IMG/VR virus record: IMGVR_UViG_3300009034_000015
Location: 1 to 64,000 of that record
From: a virus
Length of the DNA: 64,000 nt
Reading direction: 5' to 3' (one strand)
Position numbers and translations under genes: made by a program. A model generated the notes under the pieces. That model was not told the DNA's origin. It saw only the letters and a list, made by a program, of their open reading frames with translations, and did no database searches. Shown here in pieces: positions 9,834-18,514 of this stretch. Position 1 is the first letter of the stretch. Each line of letters starts with the position of its first letter.

Positions 9834-10490
9834 TTACTCCTTTCTATCTAAAACTATAATATCATCAAAAATTACTGGTATTAATCTTTTAAATTGTTTT
9901 AACATCGGAACGGTTATTTCTCTCATTTGAGGATGTGCTTTTAATGAAGTTCTTTGAATAAAAAAAAGCCTCCATTCCCTTAAATTATAAGTAACAACTA
10001 TTTCTGTTTTTAAAGAATTAGGTAAAACACTTCTTGCTTCTTGAGGAGATGCACCTAACTCAATTAATTTTAAATAATGCTCTTCTGCATTTTCCATTGC
10101 AGAATACCAAATACCATAACAACCAGGCTTTCTATTGAATTTAAAGAAAAAAGGTTCTATAACTGTTATTTCCCCACCAAATTCTCCTTTAGCATAATTA
10201 CAATAACGAGTGCTTTCCTGGGAATAACTTGCAATCCTATGCCTAACTATTTCATGTGTCACTCCTCTATCGCAAACTATCCTAACTGTAACTTTTTCAT
10301 GCTCTAAAACAGATTCGTGACCAGACTTAATTATTTGTCTAATAAATTTTTCAGCAGAATTTGTTGTAATTTTATCCTCACTTTTATAACAAGTCCTACC
10401 CGCTCTCTCAATCTTCTGAAGTATTTCATTTCCATTAATTTCATCTTCAATCATAAAATAAGGTTCAATTACTTTCATGCATTCCTCCAT
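9834..10490 (-). CDS. thyX: FAD-dependent thymidylate synthase (canonical)
   Basis: GHESVLEH, RHRIASYSQESTRY, ARSVLP, AHPQMR. Confidence 0.95.
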   Translation of the reverse strand: MEECMKVIEPYFMIEDEINGNEILQKIERAGRTCYKSEDKITTNSAEKFIRQIIKSGHESVLEHEKVTVRIVCDRGVTHEIVRHRIASYSQESTRYCNYAKGEFGGEITVIEPFFFKFNRKPGCYGIWYSAMENAEEHYLKLIELGASPQEARSVLPNSLKTEIVVTYNLREWRLFFIQRTSLKAHPQMREITVPMLKQFKRLIPVIFDDIIVLDRKE

Positions 10491-10879
10491 TCTTGGTTAT
10501 CTAATCTTTCTAATTCATCATAAACAACCTTCCATAAATCTACTTTAAGTATTTCAGCAAGAAAAGCTGAATGAATTATTAAACCACCTATCGAACTTCT
10601 AAGCCGATCCATAGCACCTTCGCCTTTGCATCTAGGACTATCCGGACTAACTCTTTTATAATATGATATTCTTGCTATATCTCCAAGCTGACCCTGAATT
10701 ATAGCCAACCTATGATAATCCGATTTATCAATTTCACCTTTCATTAAGCCTTGGATATATTTTTGCAAATGCAATAAACCTTTTGTTATTTCTTGAGAAT
10801 GTTTATCTAAAAAATCTTCACCATGCAAAGGACTAATTCCCCTACCATAAGCTTTAATATTACAATTACAACTACTCAC
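10475..10879 (-). CDS. MazG-like all-alpha protein with degenerate acidic motif
   Basis: IQGQLGDIA ... SSIGGLII..AFLAEILKVDL pattern resembles MazG (GExGEL...ELGD...LA..LxIDL). Confidence 0.5.
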   Translation of the reverse strand: MSSCNCNIKAYGRGISPLHGEDFLDKHSQEITKGLLHLQKYIQGLMKGEIDKSDYHRLAIIQGQLGDIARISYYKRVSPDSPRCKGEGAMDRLRSSIGGLIIHSAFLAEILKVDLWKVVYDELERLDNQEWRNA

Positions 10880-10901
10880 TTTTTTTAACCCCTTATTATA
10901 A

Positions 10902-10930
10902 ATTATAACTATAAACTAAATAAAATTAAT
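10902..10930 (-). promoter_or_regulatory. Promoter ATTAAT-N17-TATAAT
   Basis: Same motif and spacing at four intergenic sites; this copy is near-identical to 17876..17915. Confidence 0.7.
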
Positions 10931-11396
10931 CCTTACTTATAAACTTTGTTTTAGTCTGTAATAAATGCCATCGAGCATCAACAGAATTTTTTAGAGCTAA
11001 TAAGATTAAACTATTTTTCTTTTTCTTAGCTCTTGTTCTCATTATCTTTATATACTCCTCATTTTTACTTGCATAAATAAGTCTTTCAATTTTAGCCTCA
11101 GTTATTTGCCCTGATATTTCTTTATTCCTTTTTTTAATTATTAACTCTTTCTCTGCTCTAATTTGAATTTTAGAAATTATTATTTTTGTCTTTATAATAT
11201 AACGATCCTCTTCATTAATACACATAGCATATAAAATACCAGCAATCCTTACAATCTCAGCCCCTATATCTATTGCCCTTTGCAAATCTTCTGCATCTCT
11301 TGTCTTACCACTTAGCCAAGCTTTAATTTTTAAATACTTCTTTTCTAAATCTAAATCATCTAAATCTTTAAATAGAATTGAAAATTTATTTTTCAT
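10926..11396 (-). CDS. Helical protein, possibly UvsY-like recombination mediator
   Basis: Size, coiled-coil character, ITEAKIE...EY...VDAR pattern, and context with RecA/SSB/SF2 helicase. Confidence 0.45.
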   Translation of the reverse strand: MKNKFSILFKDLDDLDLEKKYLKIKAWLSGKTRDAEDLQRAIDIGAEIVRIAGILYAMCINEEDRYIIKTKIIISKIQIRAEKELIIKKRNKEISGQITEAKIERLIYASKNEEYIKIMRTRAKKKKNSLILLALKNSVDARWHLLQTKTKFISKD

Positions 11397-11524
11397 ATTA
11401 CAATCTCTTCTAAGCTCTTATCTCCTAAAACTAAAGGGTAACTAAACCTTGCCTTATTAACTCTTAACTGAGGCTATCCTGGAAAGGATTTAAGGTATAA
11501 AATAAACTACTCCTTAGCCATAAT

Positions 11525-14293
11525 TTAAAACCTAAAAGCATTTGCATTTTTAAGTGCCTCTACTACTCTCTTATTAACAATCCTTTTAGTTACTTTATTA
11601 AAAAAATCTTCTTCATTTTCAAAAGGTTGATTCTTATAAATATCAATTGCAGCCTTAGTTCCAATTCCTTTTATACTACTAATTCCTGATCTAATATTGC
11701 CATTCTCTATTTTAAAATTAATCTTAGAACGATTTATTCTAACTGGTAAAACTTTAATTCCTAATCTTTTACATTCATTAATATATTTAGCTGAATCATC
11801 TTTTTCATTTCTCATTAATGAAACCATAAATTCAAGTGGGAAATAAGTTTTTAAATATGCTGTCCAATAACTTACTAATGAATAAGCTACAGCGTGAGCA
11901 CGATTAAAAGTATAAGCAGAAAAATGATTCATATCATTCCACAATCTTTCTATTTCCTTTTCAGTTAGATTTTCTTTTCCATACTTAAAAAACTTTGCTT
12001 TTAATTCCTTTTTTAACTTATCATAAATTTGTAACTTATCAAGCCTACGCTTAAGAAAGACTTTTCTGAATCCCTCAATCTCATTAGATTCAATTTTATG
12101 AACTATTTTTTTATAAATTTCTAACATTTGCTCCTGATATAAAATTAACCCATAAGTTGAAGAAAGAGTATCTTTTAAAAAAGGTGGAACTTTATATTTA
12201 CTTTCTTCAGATTTACGATTTACAAATAAATCAACCATACCATAGCTCATTGGTCCAGGACGGCCAAGAGCAATAGCAGCAATTAATTCTTCAAACGAAC
12301 TACATTGAATATCTGATAATAATTTAGTCATCATTCTTGACTCAAATTGAAATATTCCAGTAGTATGTTTCTTCCTAACATTCTTAAAAACTTTTTTATC
12401 ATCTAACCGAATATTATTTAAATCAAATGAACTATCAATGAAACCTAAAGTTTCTTTAATAACTCTTAAAGTATTTATTGCAAGTAAATCAAATTTAACA
12501 AACCCCAGCGAAGATAACTCTTGCCTTAATCCTCCCTCAGACCAGGCAGTAATTGGTTTTCCTTGGCTTAGCATCAAAGCTATATTTTTTGTAATCGGTG
12601 AAGATAATATTATAATCCCTGCCGCATGCCTTGATATTCCTTTAATCTGACCCTTTAAAGTATCAAACGCTAAAGGCACATCCTTATATTTATTTTCTAT
12701 CCTTCTCATAATATCAGGATGTTTTGTTATTGTCATTAACTCTTCCCAAGTATTTTCAAATTCAATTTGAAGCCTTCTACTATCCCCACCTCCAGTATAT
12801 TTAAATTTATATTCTGTTATCTTAGAAACTTTTTTCATATCTAATTGAAATAGACGAGCTAAATCAAGCAATAATACTTTTACACTATAAGTTTGATATG
12901 TCCCTATTTCAATTACATTATTTTGCCCCCATCTTTTTGATAAATATTTCTTAACATAATCTCTTCCAGCCGGCTCAAAGTCAAGGTCTACATCTGGAGG
13001 TTCAGTTCGTTCAGCTGAAATAAATCTTTCAAATTTTAAACCAAATTTTATAGGATCAATAATTGTAATTCCTAACAAATAACAAATCAATGAACCTGAC
13101 GCTGACCCTCTACCTGGGCCAACAAAAATATTTTTATTTTTAGCAAAGTTAATTAAATCAGCCAATATTAAAAAATATGAACTTAATTTTCGTTCCTTAA
13201 CTATTTTCAATTCAGTCTGTAATTGATTTTTATAAGTATCATTATTTTTAAATTCAGCTTTATTCCAATTCTTAATAATTTCTTTTTTTAAAAATTCAAA
13301 ATCAGACTTAGAAGAATCAGTAAAAAATGGTAATTTATTTTTTAATTCAGGTTTAAAATCCTCTACATTCTCAAATATATTCTTACTTTCTTTTATCCCA
13401 GCTTCCCAATCTTTTTCTGACAAATAAGATGAATGATATTTTTTATAAATTTTATATAATTCATCAACAGTTTTAAACCAAAGCGTCTTTGTAGAAAAAG
13501 AAAATCCTTTATTATTTTCAAGATCATTAAGAGTATTTTTATTTCGTAATAATAATAAAAACTGATGAACTTTTGATTCTAATTTATTTATATAATGACA
13601 ATCATTAGTAATTACAAATGGAATATCATAATCCTTAGCAAATTTATATAATAATTTATTTGACTCAATACTTTCAGGATAATCAAATAACATTAATTCA
13701 ATATAGAAATCCTCAAAAATATCCTTATATTTATATAAAAGTTTTTTAGCTTTTTTTACTTTATCTTGAGATAATAATTTACTTAATCTTGAAGAGGCAC
13801 ATCCTGATAAACAAATTAATCCCTCACTATGCTTAGAAATAAAATCAAGATCAGTTCTTGGTTTATAATAAAATCCATTAAGCCAAGAATCTGCCGTAAT
13901 CTCTAATAAATTTTTCCAGCCTATTGAATTTTTAACTAATAATGTTAAATGAAAATTTTTTCTAATCTTCTCACGCTCTTTAATTAATTCTTGTAATTTT
14001 TCATTTTTATCTTTACGTTTAACTTTTAGAATATCCTCTTGTAGCTGACTTAATAATAATCTTTTTTGATTTAAATATAATTCACAGCCAAAAATTGATC
14101 TAATTTTCTTTTCATTATTTTTCTTAATCTGTCTAACCCAGCCACCAATAGAGCCATGGTTAGTTATAGCAAATCCTTCAAAACCTAACTCTTCTGATTT
14201 ATTATAATAACCCTCTACCTTACCAACAGAATCCATAATTGAATATTCATCGTGGCTATGCAGATGGATAAAATCTTTATTAGTTAAATTCAT
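11525..14293 (-). CDS. dnaE: DNA polymerase III alpha subunit
   Basis: PHP domain HLHSHDEYS, GRGSASGSL, PDVDLD, KFDLL, FNRAHAVAY; ends after the HhH region. Confidence 0.96.
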   Translation of the reverse strand: MNLTNKDFIHLHSHDEYSIMDSVGKVEGYYNKSEELGFEGFAITNHGSIGGWVRQIKKNNEKKIRSIFGCELYLNQKRLLLSQLQEDILKVKRKDKNEKLQELIKEREKIRKNFHLTLLVKNSIGWKNLLEITADSWLNGFYYKPRTDLDFISKHSEGLICLSGCASSRLSKLLSQDKVKKAKKLLYKYKDIFEDFYIELMLFDYPESIESNKLLYKFAKDYDIPFVITNDCHYINKLESKVHQFLLLLRNKNTLNDLENNKGFSFSTKTLWFKTVDELYKIYKKYHSSYLSEKDWEAGIKESKNIFENVEDFKPELKNKLPFFTDSSKSDFEFLKKEIIKNWNKAEFKNNDTYKNQLQTELKIVKERKLSSYFLILADLINFAKNKNIFVGPGRGSASGSLICYLLGITIIDPIKFGLKFERFISAERTEPPDVDLDFEPAGRDYVKKYLSKRWGQNNVIEIGTYQTYSVKVLLLDLARLFQLDMKKVSKITEYKFKYTGGGDSRRLQIEFENTWEELMTITKHPDIMRRIENKYKDVPLAFDTLKGQIKGISRHAAGIIILSSPITKNIALMLSQGKPITAWSEGGLRQELSSLGFVKFDLLAINTLRVIKETLGFIDSSFDLNNIRLDDKKVFKNVRKKHTTGIFQFESRMMTKLLSDIQCSSFEELIAAIALGRPGPMSYGMVDLFVNRKSEESKYKVPPFLKDTLSSTYGLILYQEQMLEIYKKIVHKIESNEIEGFRKVFLKRRLDKLQIYDKLKKELKAKFFKYGKENLTEKEIERLWNDMNHFSAYTFNRAHAVAYSLVSYWTAYLKTYFPLEFMVSLMRNEKDDSAKYINECKRLGIKVLPVRINRSKINFKIENGNIRSGISSIKGIGTKAAIDIYKNQPFENEEDFFNKVTKRIVNKRVVEALKNANAFRF

Positions 14294-15147
14294 TATTTTT
14301 CTTTATCAAAATCCTTATACTTTTCAGTTTTAATTTCTGGTCCATTATTCATTTCATCACGAGTAAAATTATGAAGAGTTCTTTCGTTATCTATATTACA
14401 ATCTCTTGGTAAAAATTTCTTATGTAATTCATTCCTTTTAAAAACTATATTTGAGAACTCTCCAGGCTTAGAATGTAGACACTTTCCAGTCTCACAATCC
14501 TTCTTAAAAAAATCTTCTAAATAAGGAAACTTTTTTATAACTAATTTTATCATTTTTTCACAAATAATATTATTCTGAATATGCTCTTCCTGATCATCAA
14601 GTCTTTTTCCAATAGCATCTTTAAGAGCTAAAAGATTCATATGCATATACATCCAATTACAATTATTTTTAGGAATTAAAACCCTTGCATTCTGAACACT
14701 AATATTAAGTTCATCAATAGCCTCACAAAATAATTCTTTACCTTGTAAAACCCATTCTTTATATCTATCATAAAAAAATTTATTTCTTGCAAATGATCTT
14801 GGGACAAGAATATTTTCATTCCTTAAATCACTTACTTGTGTTGATCTCTGCATTATAGAAAAAAATTTGTGCCTAACCCAACAATGAGTTATTAATAAGG
14901 AAATATTTTTTACTAAGAATGTAAAATTTATCATTTCAATTCCTTTTGGCAATACTCCTTCTTTTAACAATAAATTAATTGCATTTTTCTTTTGCTCTTT
15001 AGTTAATTTTTTATAAACCTCTACTTCTTCATTAGCATAAATTATATCTACTAAAACTTTTTCAATTCTTTTTTTATCTGGCCAATCAATTAATTCTACC
15101 TTAATAGAATTAATTTCATCTAAAAATCTTGTTTTAAATCCTTTCAT
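14293..15147 (-). CDS. Divergent ThyX-like flavoenzyme (second paralog)
   Basis: WVRHKFFSIMQRSTQ and ARVLIP motifs, MNLLAL; several canonical residues replaced. Confidence 0.75.
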   Translation of the reverse strand: MKGFKTRFLDEINSIKVELIDWPDKKRIEKVLVDIIYANEEVEVYKKLTKEQKKNAINLLLKEGVLPKGIEMINFTFLVKNISLLITHCWVRHKFFSIMQRSTQVSDLRNENILVPRSFARNKFFYDRYKEWVLQGKELFCEAIDELNISVQNARVLIPKNNCNWMYMHMNLLALKDAIGKRLDDQEEHIQNNIICEKMIKLVIKKFPYLEDFFKKDCETGKCLHSKPGEFSNIVFKRNELHKKFLPRDCNIDNERTLHNFTRDEMNNGPEIKTEKYKDFDKEK

Positions 15148-16078
15148 CTTTAAACTCCTTTGAAAATTTTATTACATCCTGAATTTTATAATCTGATTGC
15201 CATTTAGCTAATCTTCCAACAAAATTAATAGATTTTAAATCTTCTATTCTTTCACTAAAAATAGTAGAAACTCGTTGAATCACATAATCAATTATTTTAT
15301 ATTCTAATAATCTTTTACATTCTTCTCTACTTAAATCACCAGCTATTTCTAAAACATACTTACCTTTGATTGTAATCCCTTTATAAAGATTAGCCTTTGT
15401 TATTCTATTATAAATCTGATCCCCATCTGCATAATATAATTGATCCCACTCAAACGGAATTAACCATGATGGTATTTCATTACAAGATATAATTGTACTT
15501 GGTAAATAATCAAATTTATTATTAAAAAAATAATCAAAACATAAATAAGAAAAATCAGGTGCTGGAATTGTAGATATTAATGAATCAAAATAAAATTTAT
15601 CATAATTAGAAAGTGTAATATAATTATTCTTTAAACTTATTAAAACAACTTTCTTTTTAATTATTTCAGTATTCTTTATTAATTTTTTTAAAAGGATATT
15701 AACATCACATTCTAAATACTTTAATTCATTAGAATCTACACTCAATACTAATTTATATATTTCTTTTCTTTCTCCAATCTTAAATAATGAATGAGTAAGT
15801 TTTTTATTTATAATTTTTATTTTTTGTTCTTTACTAATATTATTATGAAATTCTGATTTATAAAAATAACCTATTCTAATTATTTTTGATTTATAAGGAA
15901 CTTTTAAATCATTAAGCAATGAACGGGTTTCATTAGTATCATGTAATACAATTAATGTCCCTAACTTAGATTTAATCTGCCCACCTATTTTTGGTGATAT
16001 TAAAGTATAATCAGGATTATAGTATTTAAAGATTAATCCACTTATACCAGCGCCAATTATAATTTTTCGCTTACTCAC
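15134..16078 (-). CDS. FAD-dependent oxidoreductase (UDP-galactopyranose mutase / amine oxidase superfamily-like)
   Basis: IIIGAGISGL dinucleotide-binding motif, IGG, LISTIP, FVGRLAKW...DVI. Confidence 0.8.
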   Translation of the reverse strand: MSKRKIIIGAGISGLIFKYYNPDYTLISPKIGGQIKSKLGTLIVLHDTNETRSLLNDLKVPYKSKIIRIGYFYKSEFHNNISKEQKIKIINKKLTHSLFKIGERKEIYKLVLSVDSNELKYLECDVNILLKKLIKNTEIIKKKVVLISLKNNYITLSNYDKFYFDSLISTIPAPDFSYLCFDYFFNNKFDYLPSTIISCNEIPSWLIPFEWDQLYYADGDQIYNRITKANLYKGITIKGKYVLEIAGDLSREECKRLLEYKIIDYVIQRVSTIFSERIEDLKSINFVGRLAKWQSDYKIQDVIKFSKEFKDERI

Positions 16079-16592
16079 CTATTTTTCTCATTACTTCCTT
16101 CCACTCATTTATATAACTCTTAAGTGGATAGCCATATAAAACATAAGCAGGATGTGAAATTCTTATAACCTTAATTCTAAGGTCAATATCATTTACTGTA
16201 TCAAAAACAATTTTTCCTAAGCATAATATTATTTTTGGTCTAATAATATCTATTTCATTTATTAATAATCTTTTAAAAGCCTGTCTTGTTTTATTTATTT
16301 CTTTTGGAACTAAATATAAATTATTCCAAAAATAATCATTAATATTTAATCCTAATTTATCAAAAACTTTTAATATTACCCCACTTGATTTTCTTCCTGT
16401 AGTTAATATTAAATCAAAGTCAAATCTAAAAATTGATTTTGATTTACCTCTATAATGCTTTATCCCTGGTTCTAATCCTAATATCATAATTTCAGAATTT
16501 AGATTTCCAAAATGAGTTATCAATCTTTTATATTTAGGAGCAATCTTATTATAAAGTTTTTGTAAAGCTTTTTCTTTTTTAATTAAGTTCAC
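16071..16592 (-). CDS. Uracil-DNA glycosylase superfamily protein (family 4-like)
   Basis: GNLNSEIMILGLEPG, EIDIIRPKIILCLGK, SHPAY. Confidence 0.85.
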   Translation of the reverse strand: MNLIKKEKALQKLYNKIAPKYKRLITHFGNLNSEIMILGLEPGIKHYRGKSKSIFRFDFDLILTTGRKSSGVILKVFDKLGLNINDYFWNNLYLVPKEINKTRQAFKRLLINEIDIIRPKIILCLGKIVFDTVNDIDLRIKVIRISHPAYVLYGYPLKSYINEWKEVMRKIGE

Positions 16593-16791
16593 TTTTATCC
16601 TTTTCTGTTAATTTTTGTAATTTTGGATCCGAGCCTTTATAGTCCTTATAAGGTCTATCCCCTATTATTATTTTATAATAAATATTTTTTAATAATAATA
16701 TTATAATAGTTATTAATAATAAATCTATTATTAATATACAACAGACTTTGAATAATAACTTTAAGTTTATATAGAGCGTAGCAAAATCCAT
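16579..16791 (-). CDS. Small membrane protein
   Basis: Single long hydrophobic segment; ATG at 16791 after AGGAG. Confidence 0.55.
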   Translation of the reverse strand: MDFATLYINLKLLFKVCCILIIDLLLITIIILLLKNIYYKIIIGDRPYKDYKGSDPKLQKLTEKDKSELN

Positions 16792-16792
16792 T

Positions 16793-17332
16793 TTAAATTT
16801 TCTCCTTAACCTGAGCAATTAAATTTCTTAATGAACTTGGTAAATTTGAAGAAACTAAAAACTCAGCATTATAATTATATTTCTTTATTAATTCTTTATA
16901 GTAAGTTTGTAATTGCATCTGCATATCTATATAATCTTCACTATAATCAATTTTAGGAACTCTCTTTTTTCTTCTTGAGATTACATCTTCTCTACTAACT
17001 GAAAGATGAAAAATTTTATAATCTAAATCTTTTAATAATTCATTATAAACTGATCTTTGAAAATAAATTCCTTTGCTTCTAAACCAAGAGACAGATACTA
17101 AATCAGATACAAAACCTCTATCTAATATTAAATCCAAGTTAAACTTCTTTACTAATTCAAGTATTGTCTTATTAATACCAAAGTTAATTAAATCAAAAAG
17201 ATTATAATCTTTATGCAATTTATATACAAGTCCAAGATTTTCAGAAAATAAAGGAATAGCCAAACTCTTGCTAACTTCTCGTGAAAGTGTAGATTTTCCT
17301 GAACAACTTATACCTTCAAATATTATTAGCAT
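16793..17332 (-). CDS. Deoxynucleoside monophosphate kinase (TMPK-like), copy A
   Basis: FEGISCSGKST P-loop and LILDRG. Confidence 0.8.
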   Translation of the reverse strand: MLIIFEGISCSGKSTLSREVSKSLAIPLFSENLGLVYKLHKDYNLFDLINFGINKTILELVKKFNLDLILDRGFVSDLVSVSWFRSKGIYFQRSVYNELLKDLDYKIFHLSVSREDVISRRKKRVPKIDYSEDYIDMQMQLQTYYKELIKKYNYNAEFLVSSNLPSSLRNLIAQVKEKI

Positions 17333-17340
17333 TTTATACC

Positions 17341-17865
17341 TCAATAATAAATATTTTTAATTTGTCCAATCATTTCTTTTATAGATAATCTTGAATCAAA
17401 ATAATATACCTTTTCATATCGTTTAGAAAATTCTTGAAAATAATTTTGAAAAATTATTAATTCATTTAAATAACCTTCGGTAACTCTATTATTTTTTTCT
17501 AATAATCTTTTTTTAAGAGTTTCTTTATTTATAACTAAAAATATAATAATATAATTTAAATTTATTAAACGTTCATTATAGCTTTTTAATTTTAAACTAA
17601 TATCTTTATGCCTAATAAATGAAGTTTGTACTAAATCAGTTAAAAAACCTTCATCTAATATTAAATCAAAATTAAATTTTTTAGTTATCTCTAAAATAGT
17701 TTTATTAACTCCAAAATTAATTAAATCAAAATTATCAAAATTACCTCCAAGTTCATCAAGTAAATCTGGCTGTTTAATATATTCTGAAATAGCTAAAGAT
17801 TTACTTACTTCTTTACTTAAAGTAGTTTTACCAGAGCTTTTAATACCTTCAATTATTATTAACAT
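17341..17865 (-). CDS. Deoxynucleoside monophosphate kinase-like, copy B
   Basis: IEGIKSSGKTT P-loop and LILDEG; clear tandem paralog of copy A. Confidence 0.75.
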   Translation of the reverse strand: MLIIIEGIKSSGKTTLSKEVSKSLAISEYIKQPDLLDELGGNFDNFDLINFGVNKTILEITKKFNFDLILDEGFLTDLVQTSFIRHKDISLKLKSYNERLINLNYIIIFLVINKETLKKRLLEKNNRVTEGYLNELIIFQNYFQEFSKRYEKVYYFDSRLSIKEMIGQIKNIYY

Positions 17866-17886
17866 TTTTTTAACTCCTTATTATAA

Positions 17887-17915
17887 ATTATAATCCATAA
17901 CTAAATAAAATTAAT
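17887..17915 (-). promoter_or_regulatory. Promoter ATTAAT-N17-TATAAT
   Basis: Exact motif directly upstream of the kinase RBS. Confidence 0.7.
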
Positions 17916-18044
17916 TAGTAGAATTTAGCCTTATAAATAATTTTATAATACCTTATCAGGCTTCTCAGATTAGCCCAGGTTAAGACTTAACTAATAAAGC
18001 CTTAGCTTACCCCTAATTTAGAACTAAAACCCCTTAAAAGGCAT

Positions 18045-18083
18045 AAAAAAAGGGATAAGCTAAATTAATAACTTATCCCTTTT
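18045..18083 (-). terminator. Intrinsic terminator
   Basis: AAAAGGGATAAG/CTTATCCCTTTT stem followed by a U tract. Confidence 0.8.
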
Positions 18084-18111
18084 AGGTTAGGAAAAAAGAA
18101 GTTTGAGAGGA

Positions 18112-18363
18112 TTAATCATCATCCTCGTCCTCGTCTTGATCCTCATCCTCATCTTCTTCTTCATCCTTTGTCTTTTTGGACTTCTCCTTTTTCTTCTTGC
18201 CCTTGTCGCCCTTCTTCTCCTTCTTTTTCTTTTCCTTCTTCTCCTTCTTTTCTGCCTTTTCTGCTGCCTTCTCGTCTTTGTCCTTGGCCACAACTACAAG
18301 TTTCCTACCCAGATCCTTTGCCTGGTCAGGAGTCAATCCAGTTACAGTAATAGTAATTTCCAT
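18112..18363 (-). CDS. Small Lys-rich/acidic polyampholyte protein (83 aa)
   Basis: AAAGGAGGTG RBS, own promoter and terminator; MEITITVTGL.. followed by a K-rich block and a D/E tail. Confidence 0.8.
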   Translation of the reverse strand: MEITITVTGLTPDQAKDLGRKLVVVAKDKDEKAAEKAEKKEKKEKKKKEKKGDKGKKKKEKSKKTKDEEEDEDEDQDEDEDDD

Positions 18364-18428
18364 TAAGCTCACCTCCTTTCTTTTTTAAGATAATTAAGTA
18401 AAGGTATTTACTACCCACTACTTACTAA

Positions 18429-18457
18429 ATTATATAAAAAGAAAATTAAAAATTAAT
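18429..18457 (-). promoter_or_regulatory. Promoter ATTAAT-N17-TATAAT
   Basis: Exact motif and spacing. Confidence 0.7.
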
Positions 18458-18513
18458 TAATCCCTCAAAAAATAGCCTTAGCATTTAACTAAGGCTAAAT
18501 TTTCAAAGATTAA
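18457..18513 (-). repeat. Conserved intergenic hairpin, copy 1
   Basis: TTAATCCCTCAA...TTCAAAGATTAA with variable inner stem. Confidence 0.9.
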
Positions 18514-18514
18514 T

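Noticed and set aside
11525-14293. Intein, intron or truncation in dnaE
   Set aside because: Motifs are contiguous with no intein signatures; the short C-terminus ends at a clean stop and is compatible with phage DnaE proteins
9834-17865. Known modification systems (PurZ/dZ, 7-deazaguanine, ThyA-type hydroxymethylase, uracil-DNA)
   Set aside because: No PurZ, QueC/D/E/FolE/DpdA, ThyA-fold enzyme or dCTP deaminase was recognised
18087-18388. Arg-rich and Leu/Phe-rich alternative-frame ORFs
   Set aside because: By-products of low-complexity purine-rich sequence; only the 18112..18363 frame has a well-spaced RBS
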